Made by a program: the position numbers and the translations under genes. From Felis catus (lineage: Eukaryota): a stretch of 64,000 nt of DNA. The notes below the pieces were generated by a model. It worked only from the letters and a program-made list of their open reading frames with translations, did no database searches and had not been told where the DNA came from. The stretch covers positions 132,246,001-132,310,000 of the forward strand of contig NC_058374.1 in NCBI RefSeq assembly GCF_018350175.1. The letters run 5' to 3'. Each line of letters begins with the position of its first letter. The stretch's first letter is position 1. Below, in pieces: positions 1 through 11,873 of this stretch.

Positions 1-179
1 CTTCCCCTTTTTATCACGAAGATGGTGTAACAAGCTTACAGAAACTGGACAAAATGGGGGCACATTCAGGACCCCAGCACCTCTTACCAAATGATTTACA
101 TTATTTCTATTTTCCCTTTCAGGCTCTGAGCATGTTTGCAAATATGCAGATATAACTCGACTCATGTTACAATACATAA

Positions 180-181
<2 letters not shown>

Positions 182-227
<46 letters not shown>

Positions 228-233
228 ACACAC
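182..233. repeat. (CA)n microsatellite
   Basis: About 25 CA units with one CATA interruption. Confidence 0.95.
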
Positions 234-754
234 GGTGTCCTGCTTTCTCCACCTTAGATTTTCCACATTGCTACACTGTCTTCAAATGTATCACTTCAGA
301 GAATAGATCCTGTTATGAAGATGGGCTATCATTTAATTAACTACTCACGGATTACCTCCAATTAATATTACTGTCATTAATAATTTGGAGCATACAGTTT
401 CCCCCTTGGGTTTATTCATTATGAATTTCTGGGGGAAAAAGGCAATATAACAACTATAAAAAATGTGAAGATACAGAAAAGTGGAAAGAGAAAACCAATT
501 GCCATCACCCGAGGCACCTGCTGGAAGGAAACATTTTGGGGGACTGAGTTACTTTTCTTTTTTTAAGTGTATTTATTTATTTGTTTTGAGATAGAGACAG
601 AGAGCGAACTACTTTAAGATCCTCTAAAAAGGGCACTCTGAAGTTTTCCTGCACAATCACCATCCAGGTGCCAAGCGTCCCCTCCCCAGGACTAAAATCT
701 CTTTCATGCCCAGCAGAAACCAGTCAGAGAGAGACCCAGCAGCAGATCCCTTAC

Positions 755-831
755 CCTTTTATTGATGAAAGATTTGACATTCCTAGATTCCGAGCCTCTG
801 CAAATATGCTGTGATTTTCTGTGACTCTTGT
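755..831 (-). CDS. FAM227A: FAM227A coding exon 4 (77 nt; DKSHRKSQHICRGSESRNVKSFINKR)
   Basis: Acceptor ttcttctgcAG (833-832), donor GTAAGG (754), phase 1 to 0. Resembles recalled human [25 protein letters not shown]. The gene continues left of the window. Confidence 0.85.
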
Positions 832-1314
832 CTGCAGAAGAATGGAAGAAGAGAAAGGATGTAACCACGAGGTCTGTCCGTCGCTGTGCAGTAACCATAG
901 CTGGGATGTTTCACTCACTCAGCCTGAGCTGCCAGAGGACGGTCACACTGTTAGTCTCACTGGTCCCCGCCTGAGTTGCTGGCTCCCTGGATCCAGGACC
1001 CACCGCAGACAAGCTGTCCCCTTGCCCCCAAGCCTGTTCCCTTGTCTGTAAACTCTGTTCAGCGGCACCTAGCCCACAGCTGGGGGCATTGCAAAGATTT
1101 AATAGGAGAAGTGCCACCTGGTAGGCCGTCTCTAAGTGCGCCGTCCTTCCCTCCTAACTTGCCCAATGCCAGCAAGTCAGACATGAGACTCCTCCAGAAG
1201 AGGACAAAGCTATCCTCAGTTGAAATGCTGGATTCCTGCTTAACTGCATTTGAGATACTAACAATAGCCAAACCCCACAGAAACACCATCAAGGCTATGA
1301 GAAAGGATTTTTGC

Positions 1315-1384
1315 CTCTGTCTCCCGGGTCGCCGTGACTTTGCTCTCTCAAAGCCTTCTTCTCCAACTCAAATCTCTCAATTGC
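1315..1384 (-). CDS. FAM227A: FAM227A coding exon 3 (70 nt; AIERFELEKKALREQSHGDPGDR)
   Basis: Acceptor ttttgaAG, phase 0 to 1. AIERFELEKKALRE matches recalled human sequence. Donor appears to be non-canonical AG|GCAAAA. Confidence 0.85.
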
Positions 1385-1815
1385 CTTCAAAAACCAGAAA
1401 GAAATGGGGCATTAGGGATTCGTGCAGATCTCGGTGCGGGATGAGGGTCAGAGATCAGGCCATTTCCCCTGCTGGTGCGCAAAAGGCCTGGAGTACAGGT
1501 TGTGGCAGCGCCTCCCTGTCTTCCCCGTAGGTGCCAGGGTCTCCGTGGCCACTGGTGTCACTGACCTCATTCCCACCCCCACCGAGTGTCACCACCGATA
1601 CATCCCCCCACCTTGCCTTCTCCCACGCTGCCCCTCCTCCTGGCTATGCCTCCTCTTGTCTATACCTCTGAGGAGGTACAGGATGTGGGAATGGGGCTCC
1701 AATCAAGCTCCCTGGGCTAAAAGCTATTGTTTAAACTCTCTGTGAGGGGGACAATGATACCTACCTTCTAGGGTCCTTGTAAGGATTGGATATACAGTAT
1801 TGAGTGCATCTTAAA

Positions 1816-2038
1816 TTTTTTTTAATGTTTATTTATTTTTGAGAGAGAGGGAGAGAGCGAGACAGAGAGAGAGCGCGTGTGAGCAGGGGAAGGGCAGAGA
1901 AAGGGGAAGACACAGAATCAGACTCCAGGCTCTGAGCTGTCAGCACGGAGCCCGATGTGGGGCTCGAACTCATAAACAGTGAGATCATGACCTGAGCCGA
2001 AGTCAGACGCTTAACCGATTGAGCCACCCAGGCGCCCC
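1816..2038 (-). mobile_element. CAN-SINE (SINEC_Fc2-like)
   Basis: tRNA-derived head, (CT)n, A-rich tail. TSD agtgcatcttaaa at 1803-1815 and 2040-2052. Confidence 0.95.
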
Positions 2039-3634
2039 TAGTGCATCTTAAAACACTAGTGCGGAGGCTACTACCAGATAGGAGCTGCTCAATAAAGGCT
2101 AATTATTATTATTATTATTAATCACCAGACCCTTGACTTCTCAACAGATTTCTCTTGATCTCTGATTCCTCCTCCCCCATTCCCGCATCCCCTCCTGAGG
2201 GAACAAAAGGAAAGAAAAATGAATGTCAGTGACCCAACAAGTTGTACTGATCATCGGCCATGAGCCCGGCACTGCTCTTGGACAATAAAGTCAACGAAGA
2301 ATGAGGATTCTGTGTCCTCGCCTTTAGGAATTTACCATCTGTTTGGACAGTTGACATCAGCACACGTGGGCCAAGTAGGTCCTAAATTGCTACATTTGGG
2401 TTTGAAGCAACTGAGAGTAGTGTGAACTAGAAGAGTCACAGAGGACCACCCACGAGCACTGGGGGAAACGATGAGGCATCTGTCGTGCTTGATAAACTGT
2501 GAAACGCCCCCTCCAGTCTTCTACCCCCTTTATGAGCATGTGCGCAGGTGTATGTAGATGGGGAAAGGGCTCACACTGGTAGGTCTACATGTCAACGCTG
2601 TCACTCCAAAAACATAGGCCAAGATAAGGCATGATGAATGAACGGGAGGGGTATAAGCCAAGGCAGTGGAACAGCGGTGTCTCTGGTCCTTACCGGGATG
2701 CCACTTGTAGCCCATATTGTCACGGCCTTGGAAGGATGGACAAGACTTGCACACGGAGAGAGCAGAACGGATAGGTGAACGTTGGGAGACCAGCAAGTTT
2801 TAGGCGTCAACGAGGAGGCCAGCACTGGGCCGTGTGCATCTGAGATGACAGTGGTACCTACAAGTGGGGCTGTCCCCCTACTTGGGGAGTTTTTCAGATA
2901 CACCAATTCAATGGAGAAGTTCATTCCTTGCGTCTGCCTCAGCTCATGAATTGTTTACGTACTGTGGCTCCTGAATAGTTCTCTACTTAAAATTTAAAAC
3001 CAGTAAATAATTCACAAGGTACAAAATCAAGTAGTAGAGTAAAAAGTCTCCCTCCTGCCTCCCTCCACGCAATACCCTTAATTTCTTGCATAGCCTTCCA
3101 GAGACATCGTGTTCAAATGAGAGCACGCAGAACACACGGTCCCACGTGATGCTCTTTTCACTTTTAATTTTTTAAAAAACCTCCCAGGGGAGTCTGATGA
3201 TCACTTAGGTTTAGGTGCCACTGCTCTAGGTGGCTGGGAATATGAGGCTGAGATACAGGAGAGAAGCTAGGATTTGCAACCATATCATTCATTCCACAAG
3301 TATTTCCTGAGCACCTGCTCAAGGCCAATGCTATGCCCGTGTCGGGGATGCAGCAGAGAGCAGCGAACGCTCCTGAGGCTTCAGGGATTAGTGGGGAGAA
3401 GCCAGGGGTTTTGAGGTGGCCAGTGCTGCAGTGGGGAGGTACAGGATGCTAGCAATGTGCCCAGAAGGGGCCCCTCCACTAGTCTTGGGGTACGGGATGC
3501 AGAGAAGTCCCTTCTAGGGTGAGGACGTCCAGGCGGAGAGCGGAAGGAATGTGCCTGCCACTGGGTGAATGGTGAAGCTGGTGCTAGGAGTGGAGCTCTT
3601 GAGGGGAAGGGGGCCGGAAGGAAGAGCCAAGCAA

Positions 3635-3863
3635 GGGGTACCCGGTGCGCGGCGGGGGGGGGGGGGGGCGCTCAGTCGGTTTAGCATCTGCCTGTTGATT
3701 TTGGCTCAAGTCATGATCTCACGGTTCGTGAGTTCGAGCCCCACGTCAGGCTCTGCGCTTAGTGCAAAGCCAGCTTGGGATTCCCTCTTTCTCTCTCTCT
3801 CTGCCCCTCTCCCGTGCTCTGTCTCTCTCACGTGCTCTCTCCCTCTCTCTCTCACTCTCAAAA

Positions 3864-3894
<31 letters not shown>
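3635..3894 (+). mobile_element. CAN-SINE with G15 run in the head
   Basis: ctcagtcgg...gagttcgagccc, (CT)n, (AAAT)n tail. Imperfect TSD aagagc(c/t)aagcaa. Confidence 0.9.
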
Positions 3895-4409
3895 AGCTGA
3901 AGAAGAGCTAAGCAAGGTTCATGGCCAGAGAGGTGGAAAGCCCACACTTAGGGCATGGAAGAAGGAACAGAAAAGGGACATGGTGATGTGGGATGTGGGG
4001 AGGAGGATCTGGGGCTCATTCGTTCACTAGTGCACACTTAAGAAGCACCTCTTACGCACTAGGCACGGGGCTAGGTGCCAGGCAGCACGGCAGCATGGAG
4101 GCTGGAGAAACCCGTCTGGCTACGGCCCCGACACAGGAGAAGTGGCTGCACAGTCAAGGTGGACACAGGGCAGGGCAAACCGCAGCCAACAGAGCTTGGG
4201 CAGGGTAGCCTAGGGATGGGCTCTTGTGGCAGAAGGCAGTGAGCATCTGACAGATCTCACCAGCTGCTTGGGCAGAGGACAGGAAGGACAGGCAAGGGGT
4301 CCCTTCCTCCAGGTCATATGAGGACCCAAGGTTGCTCCCACCAGCCCTATCTTGGTTCTCACTGGCCACGAAGGGCACCTGAGGAGATATGCCAATGCTA
4401 GGCAATCTT

Positions 4410-4455
4410 TTTTTCTTTTTAATGTTTACTTACTTATTTTGAGAGGCAGGAGAGT

Positions 4456-4513
<58 letters not shown>

Positions 4514-4678
4514 GCAGGGGAGGGGCAGGGAGAGAGAGGGAGAGAGAGAATCCCAAGCAGGTTTTGCACTGTGAGCACACAGCCCGACGTGGGACTCTCG
4601 TCCACGAATCGTGAAATCATGACCTGAGCCAAAAATCAAGAGTCAGACACTTAACTGACCAAGCCACTGAGGCGCCCC
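4410..4678 (-). mobile_element. CAN-SINE with expanded (GA)n
   Basis: SINE body. Imperfect TSD aatgctaggcaatctt / aatgctcgacaatctt. Confidence 0.9.
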
Positions 4679-5245
4679 AATGCTCGACAATCTTGAGAAG
4701 CCACCAGACCCTGTTTCTGGGAGCAAAATATTCTTCCTCTTGGTTTTAAAATTACCATAAAAAAATCACAGAACTGACATGCAAATACATTCCTTTTGTA
4801 AACAACATTACAGAAGTATCCAGAGTAAAAAACATGTTTACTCGCCTTCCATACCACCCCTTTCCAGAAATGACCCCATTGACTGTTTGGTGTGTATCCT
4901 TCCAGACTTTTCTCCTACACGTTCATACATATAGAATGTCCTTCCTGTGAGCCAGGCACTCTTCTCGGGCCTGATTTATGGGGCTTCATGAGTTTTAACT
5001 CCTCTAATTCTTGCAACAACCCTATGAGGTAGATACGTTATTTTTGTTATCACCATTCTCTAGAAAACAGAGATTCATAAAGGTTAAACAATTAACCCAG
5101 TTTCACAATGTGAGAAAATGGCGGAGCAGGAATTTAAACACAGACCATCTTATTCCGGAGTCTGTGTCTCTAATGCTATACCTCTCCTGCCTACACAGGC
5201 ACACACAGAGAGACGAGGTTTCTTAACTTCTATGGAATCACTCCA

Positions 5246-5249
<4 letters not shown>

Positions 5250-5288
<39 letters not shown>
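5250..5288. repeat. (TG)n microsatellite
   Basis: About 19 TG units. Confidence 0.95.
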
Positions 5289-5292
<4 letters not shown>

Positions 5293-5817
5293 TGCCTTTA
5301 TTCACAATTTAATTCTAAGCTCTACTCGATGGTGGGGTAGGTAGGGGCAAGTGAAGCTAATGGTCTCGTTGCTGCGTGAGTGAAAACATGGCTGAACCTC
5401 TGGCAAAGGCGATTCGACTGTATTTACCAAAATTCGAAATTTCACTTCTAGGACTCTAGCGTGCAGAAATACGTGCAAATGAGCCCCAAGATCCAAATAC
5501 AGAAATATTCACGTGTTCACTATGACGAAAACACCACCGAAATATTTATCGGTAGGGAATAAATTAATGATGCCGCATCCAACAAAGAGAATATTATGCG
5601 GTCACAAAAAGACCAGGGCAGGTCCACAGCAGTGACTTGGAAGCATCTCCAAGAGTTATTGAGGCTAAAAATAAATAAATGAATGAATGAATACAAAACA
5701 AACAAAAGCAGGTTACAAAAACAGTATTTATGGTATGACCCTACTCACATTAAAAAAAAGAAACGATAACCCTAAATATATGTGTTCTACGTTTCTAAAT
5801 GTATAGAAAAAGTTCTT

Positions 5818-6150
5818 GGGCACCTGGCTGGCTCAGTTGATGGAGCACGCAACTCTTGATCTCAGGGTCATGAGTTCAAGCCCCATGGAGACATTATTTA
5901 AAAAATAATTTTTTTGGAGGCTCCTGGGTGGTTCAGTCGGTTGAGCGTCCGACTTTGGCTCAGGTCATGATCTTGCGGTCCGTGAGTTCGAGCCCCGGGT
6001 CGGGCTCTGTGCTGATAGCTCGGAGCCTGGAGCCTGTTTCGGATTCTGTGCCTCCCTCTCTCTGACCCTCCCCTGTTCATGCTCTGTCTTTCTGTCTCAA
6101 AAATAAATAAACGTTAAAAAAAAATTAAAAAATAAATAAAAAATAAAATT
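5818..6150 (+). mobile_element. Short tRNA-Lys-like SINE (5818-~5910, tSINE_Fc-like) followed by a CAN-SINE (5916-~6150)
   Basis: Two A/B-box heads; the second has (CT)n and an A tail. Confidence 0.85.
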
Positions 6151-6159
6151 TTTAATTTA

Positions 6160-6480
6160 ATTTAAATTTTTTTTAACTTACATCCAAACTAGTTAGCATC
6201 TAGTGCAACAATGATTTCAGGAGTAGATTCCTTAGTGCCCCTTCCCCAGTTAGCCCATCCCCCCTCCCACAACCCCTCCTGTAACCCTCTGTTTGTTCTC
6301 CATATTTATGAGTCTCTTATGTTTTGCCCACCTCCCTTTTTTTATATTATTTTTGTTTCCCTTCCCTTACGTTCACCTGTTTTGTCTCTTGAAGTCCTCA
6401 TAGGAGTGAAGTCATATGATATTTGTCTTTCTCTGACTGACTAATTTCACTTAGCATGATACCCTCCAGTTCCATCCACA
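6160..6480 (-). mobile_element. Carnivore L1 3' end fragment, 5'-truncated
   Basis: ...gtgaagtcatatgatatttgtctttctctgactgactaatttcacttagcatgataccctccagttccatcc resembles the L1 3' region in reverse. Confidence 0.8.
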
Positions 6481-6657
6481 AAGAAAAATAAAATATTTTT
6501 TTTAAAAAACTCTGGAAGGATACAAAACAAACAATTAATAGTGGTTACTTCTCAGGAGGAAATAAAGGGCTGGGAGTGAAGTAAATTTTACGGTTTACTT
6601 TTATACTTGGAGATAGTTTGAATATTTTAGAATGCATTGTCCTGACATTTAAACTGG

Positions 6658-7077
6658 TTTTTTTTATTATTATTATTTTTTTCAACGTTTATTTCTTTTT
6701 GGGACAGAGAGAGACAGGGCATGAACGGGGGAGGGGCAGAGAGAGAGGGAGACACAGAATTGGAAACAGGCTCCAGGCTCTGAGCCATCAGCCCAGAGCC
6801 TGACGCGGGGCTCGAACTCACGGACCGCGAGATCGTGACCTGGCTGAAGTCGGACGCTTAACCGACTGCGCCACCCAGGCGCCCTAAACTGTTTTTTAAT
6901 TCTAATTTTAATTTATTTGGGGGGGGGATGCAGAGAGATGGAGAGAGAATCCCAAGCAGGCTCTGTATCGTCAGCGCAGAGCCAAACGTGGGGCTCGATC
7001 TCACAACTGACTATGAGATCATGACCTGAGCTGAAATCAGGAGTCAGATGCTTAACCCACTGAGCCACCCAGGCACC
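6658..7077 (-). mobile_element. Young SINEC_Fc (6658-6884) plus older CAN-SINE (~6905-7077)
   Basis: The first carries the young-type head gcgcagtcggttaagcgtccgacttcagccagg (in reverse). Confidence 0.9.
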
Positions 7078-7392
7078 GCTAAATTTTAAAAAATAAATCA
7101 AAAAGACTAACTCAAGAGATGAACTGACCCCAAAAGTCAGCACCAGAAAAGTTGGGATAGGGGTGCGGCTAAAACCTGCAGAGGCATTCACCAGGTCTGG
7201 GCCCTGGGGACAGAGGAGCTTGGTGGAAAGCAAGACGCCAGGGGTAATGGGGTTAGGAGATTTAGTTGGGAGTAAAGTGGCAGAAAAGATCTGCAAAACA
7301 CACAGCTGGTAAAGGACCGTTATCCAAAATACACAAAGAATTGTTAAAACCCAACAATAAGAAAACAAACAACTCAATCAAAAAATGGGGCA

Positions 7393-7628
7393 GGGACACC
7401 TGGGTGGCTCAGTCAGTTAATTATCCAACTTTGGCTCAGGTCGTGATCTCGTGGTTCATGAGTTCGAGCTCTGCGTAGGGCTCTGTGCTGACAGCTCACA
7501 GCCTGGAGCCCGCTTCGGATTCTGTGTCTCCTTCGCTCTCTGCTCCTCCCCTGTTCATGCTCTGTCTCTCCCTCTTTCAAAAATAAATAAAAATTTAAAA
7601 ATATATATATTAAAAAAATAAATTAAAT
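7393..7628 (+). mobile_element. CAN-SINE inserted in L1M
   Basis: TSD aaaaaatggggca on both sides. Confidence 0.9.
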
Positions 7629-8375
7629 AAAACAAAACAAAATTTAAAAAAATGGGGCAAAGACTTCAACAGACACCCCACTCAAGAAGAGAGACAGATG
7701 GCGAGTAGGCATATGGAGAGACGTTCAATGTCATTAGAGAATCGCAACTTCAAACGACAAGGAGATATCGCTATATCCTGATTAGAATGGCCAAAATCGA
7801 GAACACTGATAACACCAAATGCTGGTGAGGATGTGGAGTGACAGGAGCTCTCATTCATGGCTGCTGCGGATGCAAAAGGGTACAGCCACTTTGGGAGACA
7901 CTTTGGCAGTTTCTTACAAAACTAAACATACTCTTACCAGATGGTCCAGGAATCACGCTCCTCACTATTTACCCAAATGAACTGAAAATATACATCCACA
8001 CAAAACCCTGCACATAGATGTTCACAGCAGCCTTATGCATAATTGCCAAAACTTAGAAGCAATCGAGAGGCCTTTCCGTAGGTGAACAGATAAATAAACT
8101 GTGGCACATCCAGACAAAGGAATATTATTCAGCCCCAAAAAGAAACGAGCTATCGAGCCATGAAAACACGTGGAGGAACCTTAAATGCATACGACTAAGT
8201 GAAAGAAACCAATCTGAAAAGGCTGCATCCTGTATGGTTCTAACTCTGTCATTTTGGAAAAGGCAAATATGGAGACAGCAAAAAGTTCAGTGGTTGCCAG
8301 GAGATGCGGGGGCGCCGTAAATGGGGGGGAGGATTTTTAGGGCAGTGAGACTATTCTGTAGGATACTACAAAGGT

Positions 8376-8580
8376 GGGGCGCCTGGGTGGCTCAGTCGGT
8401 TGGGCATCCGACTTCAGTTCAGGTCATGATCTCGCGGTTTGTGAGTTTGAGCCCCTCGTCGGGCTCTGCGCTCACAGCTGAGGGCCTGGAGCCTGCTTTG
8501 GATTCTGTGTCTCCCTCTCTCTGCCCCTCCCTGGCTCACGCTCTGTCTCTCTAAAATAAATGAATGTAAAAAAAAAAAAA
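8376..8580 (+). mobile_element. CAN-SINE inserted in L1M
   Basis: TSD aggatactacaaaggtgg at 8360-8377 and 8581-8598. Confidence 0.92.
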
Positions 8581-8949
8581 AGGATACTACAAAGGTGGAT
8601 ATATGTCATTACACATTTGTCCCAACTCATAGAATGTACAGCACAGAGAGCCCTAACGTGAACAACGCACTTGGGGTGATAATGATGCATCAGTGTGGGT
8701 TTATCGCTTGTAACAAATGTACCAGTGTGGTGACAGGCAGCTCGCCCATGCGTGGGGACAGGGGTATGTGGGAACTCCGTACTTTCAGCTCAATTTTGCT
8801 GTGAACTAAAACTGCTCCAAAAAAGAAAGCTTGCTAATTAATAAAATATATCTCTGAGACCCCTATTGTGCAAAGGTGCTTTCAAATAAATGGGCGGGAC
8901 TCCCGGAGCCCTTGCTGCCCCAAGCCTTACCTCAGCACCCATAACTCAC

Positions 8950-9032
8950 CAGGTTGTTGGCCAACGCATTGGGACTCAGATCTAGCTCCCCAATCGTTTC
9001 GTTCACCTGGTGGATGGAACCAATAAGGCAGG
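8950..9032 (-). CDS. FAM227A: FAM227A coding exon 2 (83 nt; SCLIGSIHQVNETIGELDLSPNALANNL)
   Basis: Acceptor cctgccAG (9034-9033), donor GTGAGT (8949), phase 1 to 0. Resembles recalled human SCLIGSMHQVNQKIADINL. Confidence 0.88.
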
Positions 9033-9186
9033 CTGGCAGGTGAGTTTGCTAAGGAAATTTTCTGGGTGCTAATCACGCAGGAACATGATGGGACTAGGCT
9101 GGCAAGGACAGTCCCTTACTCTCTCCACTTAACTACTTTCTTTGCAAACATTCACACTTCTTTTATCATTTTAAATGAGTGGCTTT

Positions 9187-9704
9187 AGGCACCTGGGTGG
9201 CTCAGTCCCTTAAGCTTTGGACTTCGGCTCAGGTCATGATCTCACGGTCCATGAGTTCGTGAGTTCGAGCCCCGCATTGGGCTCTGTGCTGACAGCTCAG
9301 AGCCTGGAGCCTGCTTTAGATTCTTTGTCTCCCTCTCTCTCTCTGCCCCTCCCCCACTCACACTCTGTCTCTCTCTCTCTCTCAAAAATAAACATTAAAA
9401 TAAACATTACAGGGGCGCCTGGGTGGCGCAGTCGGTTAAGCGTCCGACTTCAGCCAGGTCACGATCTCACGGTCCGTGAGTTCAAGCCCCGCATCAGGCT
9501 CTGGGCTGATGGCTCGGAGCCTGGAGCCTGCTTCCGATTCTGTGTCTCCCTCTCTCTCTGCCCCTCCCCCATTCATGCTCTGTCTCTCTCTGTCCCAAAA
9601 ATAAATAAAAAAGGTTGAAAAAAAAATTTTTTTTTTAAAATAAAATAAAATAAAAAACATTACAAATACTCTCAAAAATAAACATTAAAAAATTAAAAAA
9701 AAAT
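9187..9704 (+). mobile_element. Nested SINEs: young SINEC_Fc (9412-~9654) inside the tail of an older CAN-SINE
   Basis: Outer TSD aaatgagtggcttta (9173-9187 / 9705-9719). Inner TSD aaacattaca. Confidence 0.9.
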
Positions 9705-9775
9705 AAATGAGTGGCTTTATCAATTCTAAATGAAAACTAACCACATCCTAGACACCTTGGAAAAACATAAAAAGA

Positions 9776-9998
9776 GGGGCGCCTGGGTGGCTCAGTCGGT
9801 TAAGCGTCCGACTTCGGCTCAGGTCACGATCTCGTGGTCTGCGAGTTCGAGCCCTGCGTCGGGCTCTGGGCTGATGGCTCAGAGCCTGGAGCTTGCTTCC
9901 GACTCTGTGTCTCCCTCTCTCTCTATCCCTCCCCCGTTCATGCTGTGTCTCTGTCTCAAAAATAAACAAACGTTAAAAAAAAAAAATTAAAAAAAAAA
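9776..9998 (+). mobile_element. CAN-SINE
   Basis: Full body. TSD aaaacataaaaaga. Confidence 0.92.
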
Positions 9999-11146
9999 AA
10001 AAACATAAAAAGAAACACCCATTCTGCTACCACCCTAACAACCTCTGTTAGGATTCAGGGAGATTTCCTTCCAGTATTTTTTATACAGATACCTTTTTAC
10101 ATAATTGTAATCTCAGTGAATGCCTACTTTAGGACTCGGACTTCTCTTCCATTCATTATCATGATCATGCTCCATAGAGCGAAATAATTTTCATAGTATT
10201 TTAAATGGCATTATATGAATCCACTTGGAGAATGTACTTTAATACACTTAATTGTTTCATGGCTATTGAATACTTAAGTTGTTCATCATTTTTTTGCAAT
10301 TGTAAATAATGCTGTGGTATACACAGAGAGTTGTTTCCATATTTTGGATTATTGCTTTAAGAGACATTTTCAGGTGAGGCATGGCTGGATCGGAGGGTAT
10401 CTCAACCTTGTTTATCACTGTTGAAGTCTCTGCCTAGTTCAATGGCCCCTCTTGTCACCCTCTCTAGGTTTGCATTTCTTTTCGTCTTAGCCTCAACCGG
10501 TCTAGGATATATCCTTTGCAGAAGCCCCATAATCCTATCACTTCTCACTGCCTTCACAAAAAGCAGGGTTCACTCTTACTTCCATTATCCTCAAGGGTTC
10601 TTATAAACCGGAGGACACTTGACCAATGAAGACGCCAAGGAGGGACATGAAAATCATAGGAAGGGAAATGGGTTAGTTAGGTTCAGAGGAGTGTGGGATT
10701 AAGGAGGAAGAGGGGACATTAGAAAAAGGGCCAGGGAAGTGAGTCCCTGAAGCAGCCTCTGATGGGATCACTTGTGCTCATCTTGAGAAGGGTTTCTGAG
10801 AGGTGTAGAAAGCGAGGGGATACAGAGGGACACATGGTTTGGCTGGCAGCAGTGGGACTTGAAGGTCAATGGGCTCTTTATGAGATGGGACCATCTGGCG
10901 GTATTTATAACCTGAGAGGGTTATTTGCCGGATGAGCTCTAAGGTCCTCCAGAGATGGGGTTCTGCGGGTCCCTGGCATAGAGTTCAGAGTCACAAGTGA
11001 GATGTGGATCAATAAAGGGAGGGCTAGAGAAGTAAGATTCTGGAAGAGTCCAGGTGATGCCAGAGAGGGCAAACTCTGAGCCCAGGTAGGAGGCCTGGCA
11101 GGTGAGAAGTGAGGCCAATTGGAATGAGAACAATGAAGCTGGGTCT

Positions 11147-11367
11147 TTTTTTTTTTTTTTTTTTTTTTTTGGTTAATGTTTGCTTATTTTTGAGACAGAG
11201 TGAGAGCAGGGGAAGGGCAGAGAGAGAGGGGGACACAGAATCCAAAGCAGGCTCCAGGCTCTGAGCTGTCAGCACAGAGCCCAACACGGGGTTCGAACTC
11301 ATGAACCGTGAGATTGTGACCTGAGCCAAGGTTGTATGCTGAACCAACAGAGCCACCCAGGTGCCCC
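11147..11367 (-). mobile_element. CAN-SINE
   Basis: Full body with a long poly-T tail on the + strand. Confidence 0.92.
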
Positions 11368-11731
11368 AACAAAGTTGGGTCTCAAGCTCACTTATCTGAG
11401 GGCTGAGGGCTTCACCATGACTTCTTATTTGCTACCTATAACTATAATTCTTTGGAAGACAGAAGATATTTCAATGAATATGTCAACAAATATTTCCAGT
11501 ACTTCTTCCTTTGGGACTCTTTCCAATTATCCTAGTAAAATAAATTCAAACCAAACAACCCTTCACAGTCTCAAATTCTTTTAGAGCATAGGTCGGGCTT
11601 AACTAATTGAAAAAAATCAATGAGCACATAAGGAAAGGAGCTAATAACGTGTGTCACAGACACAAGCCCTGGTTACAGGTCTGCAGCAGGTGTATTTGGT
11701 CTGGATTGTAGACGGCACCATAAAAGGATAC

Positions 11732-11873
11732 AGGGTGGGTTGTCTTCCAGATTCTTCCTTGCGGCATTCTTCATCGCTTTCCTCGCAGCGAGGGAGACAG
11801 TCAGGTGCTCGTCTACTGGCACCATTGGCAAGGCAGTGACATTGATGGTATCTATGTTCCTGAAATAAGCCAT
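11732..11873 (-). CDS. FAM227A: FAM227A first coding exon (142 nt CDS; MAYFRNIDTINVTALPMVPVDEHLTVSLAARKAMKNAARKNLEDNPP); exon extends 5' to acceptor at 11965
   Basis: ATG 11873, donor T|GTATCC (11731), acceptor gatttccAG (11967-11966). Resembles recalled human [34 protein letters not shown]. Head-to-head with CBY1, as in other mammals. Confidence 0.9.

Larger units (their letters stand above)
7280..8830 (+). mobile_element. Old L1M (L1MB/L1MC-like) ORF2 end and 3' UTR, interrupted by two SINEs
   Basis: Typical L1 motifs aaatgctggtgaggatgtggag, gtacagccactttgg, ctttcagctcaattttgctgtgaactaaaactgctc. No intact ORF. Confidence 0.8.

Noticed and set aside
841-867. Similarity (22/27 nt) between 841-867 (+) and the JOSD1 leader at ~43969-43995 (-), giving MEEEKGCNH versus MEEKERCDQ
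   Set aside because: Short and purine-rich; the first copy is just the FAM227A polypyrimidine tract read backwards. The similarity does not extend, so it is most likely chance.
976-1530. 184-aa plus-strand ORF
   Set aside because: Antisense to a FAM227A exon and introns, has a non-ATG start and no recognisable domain.
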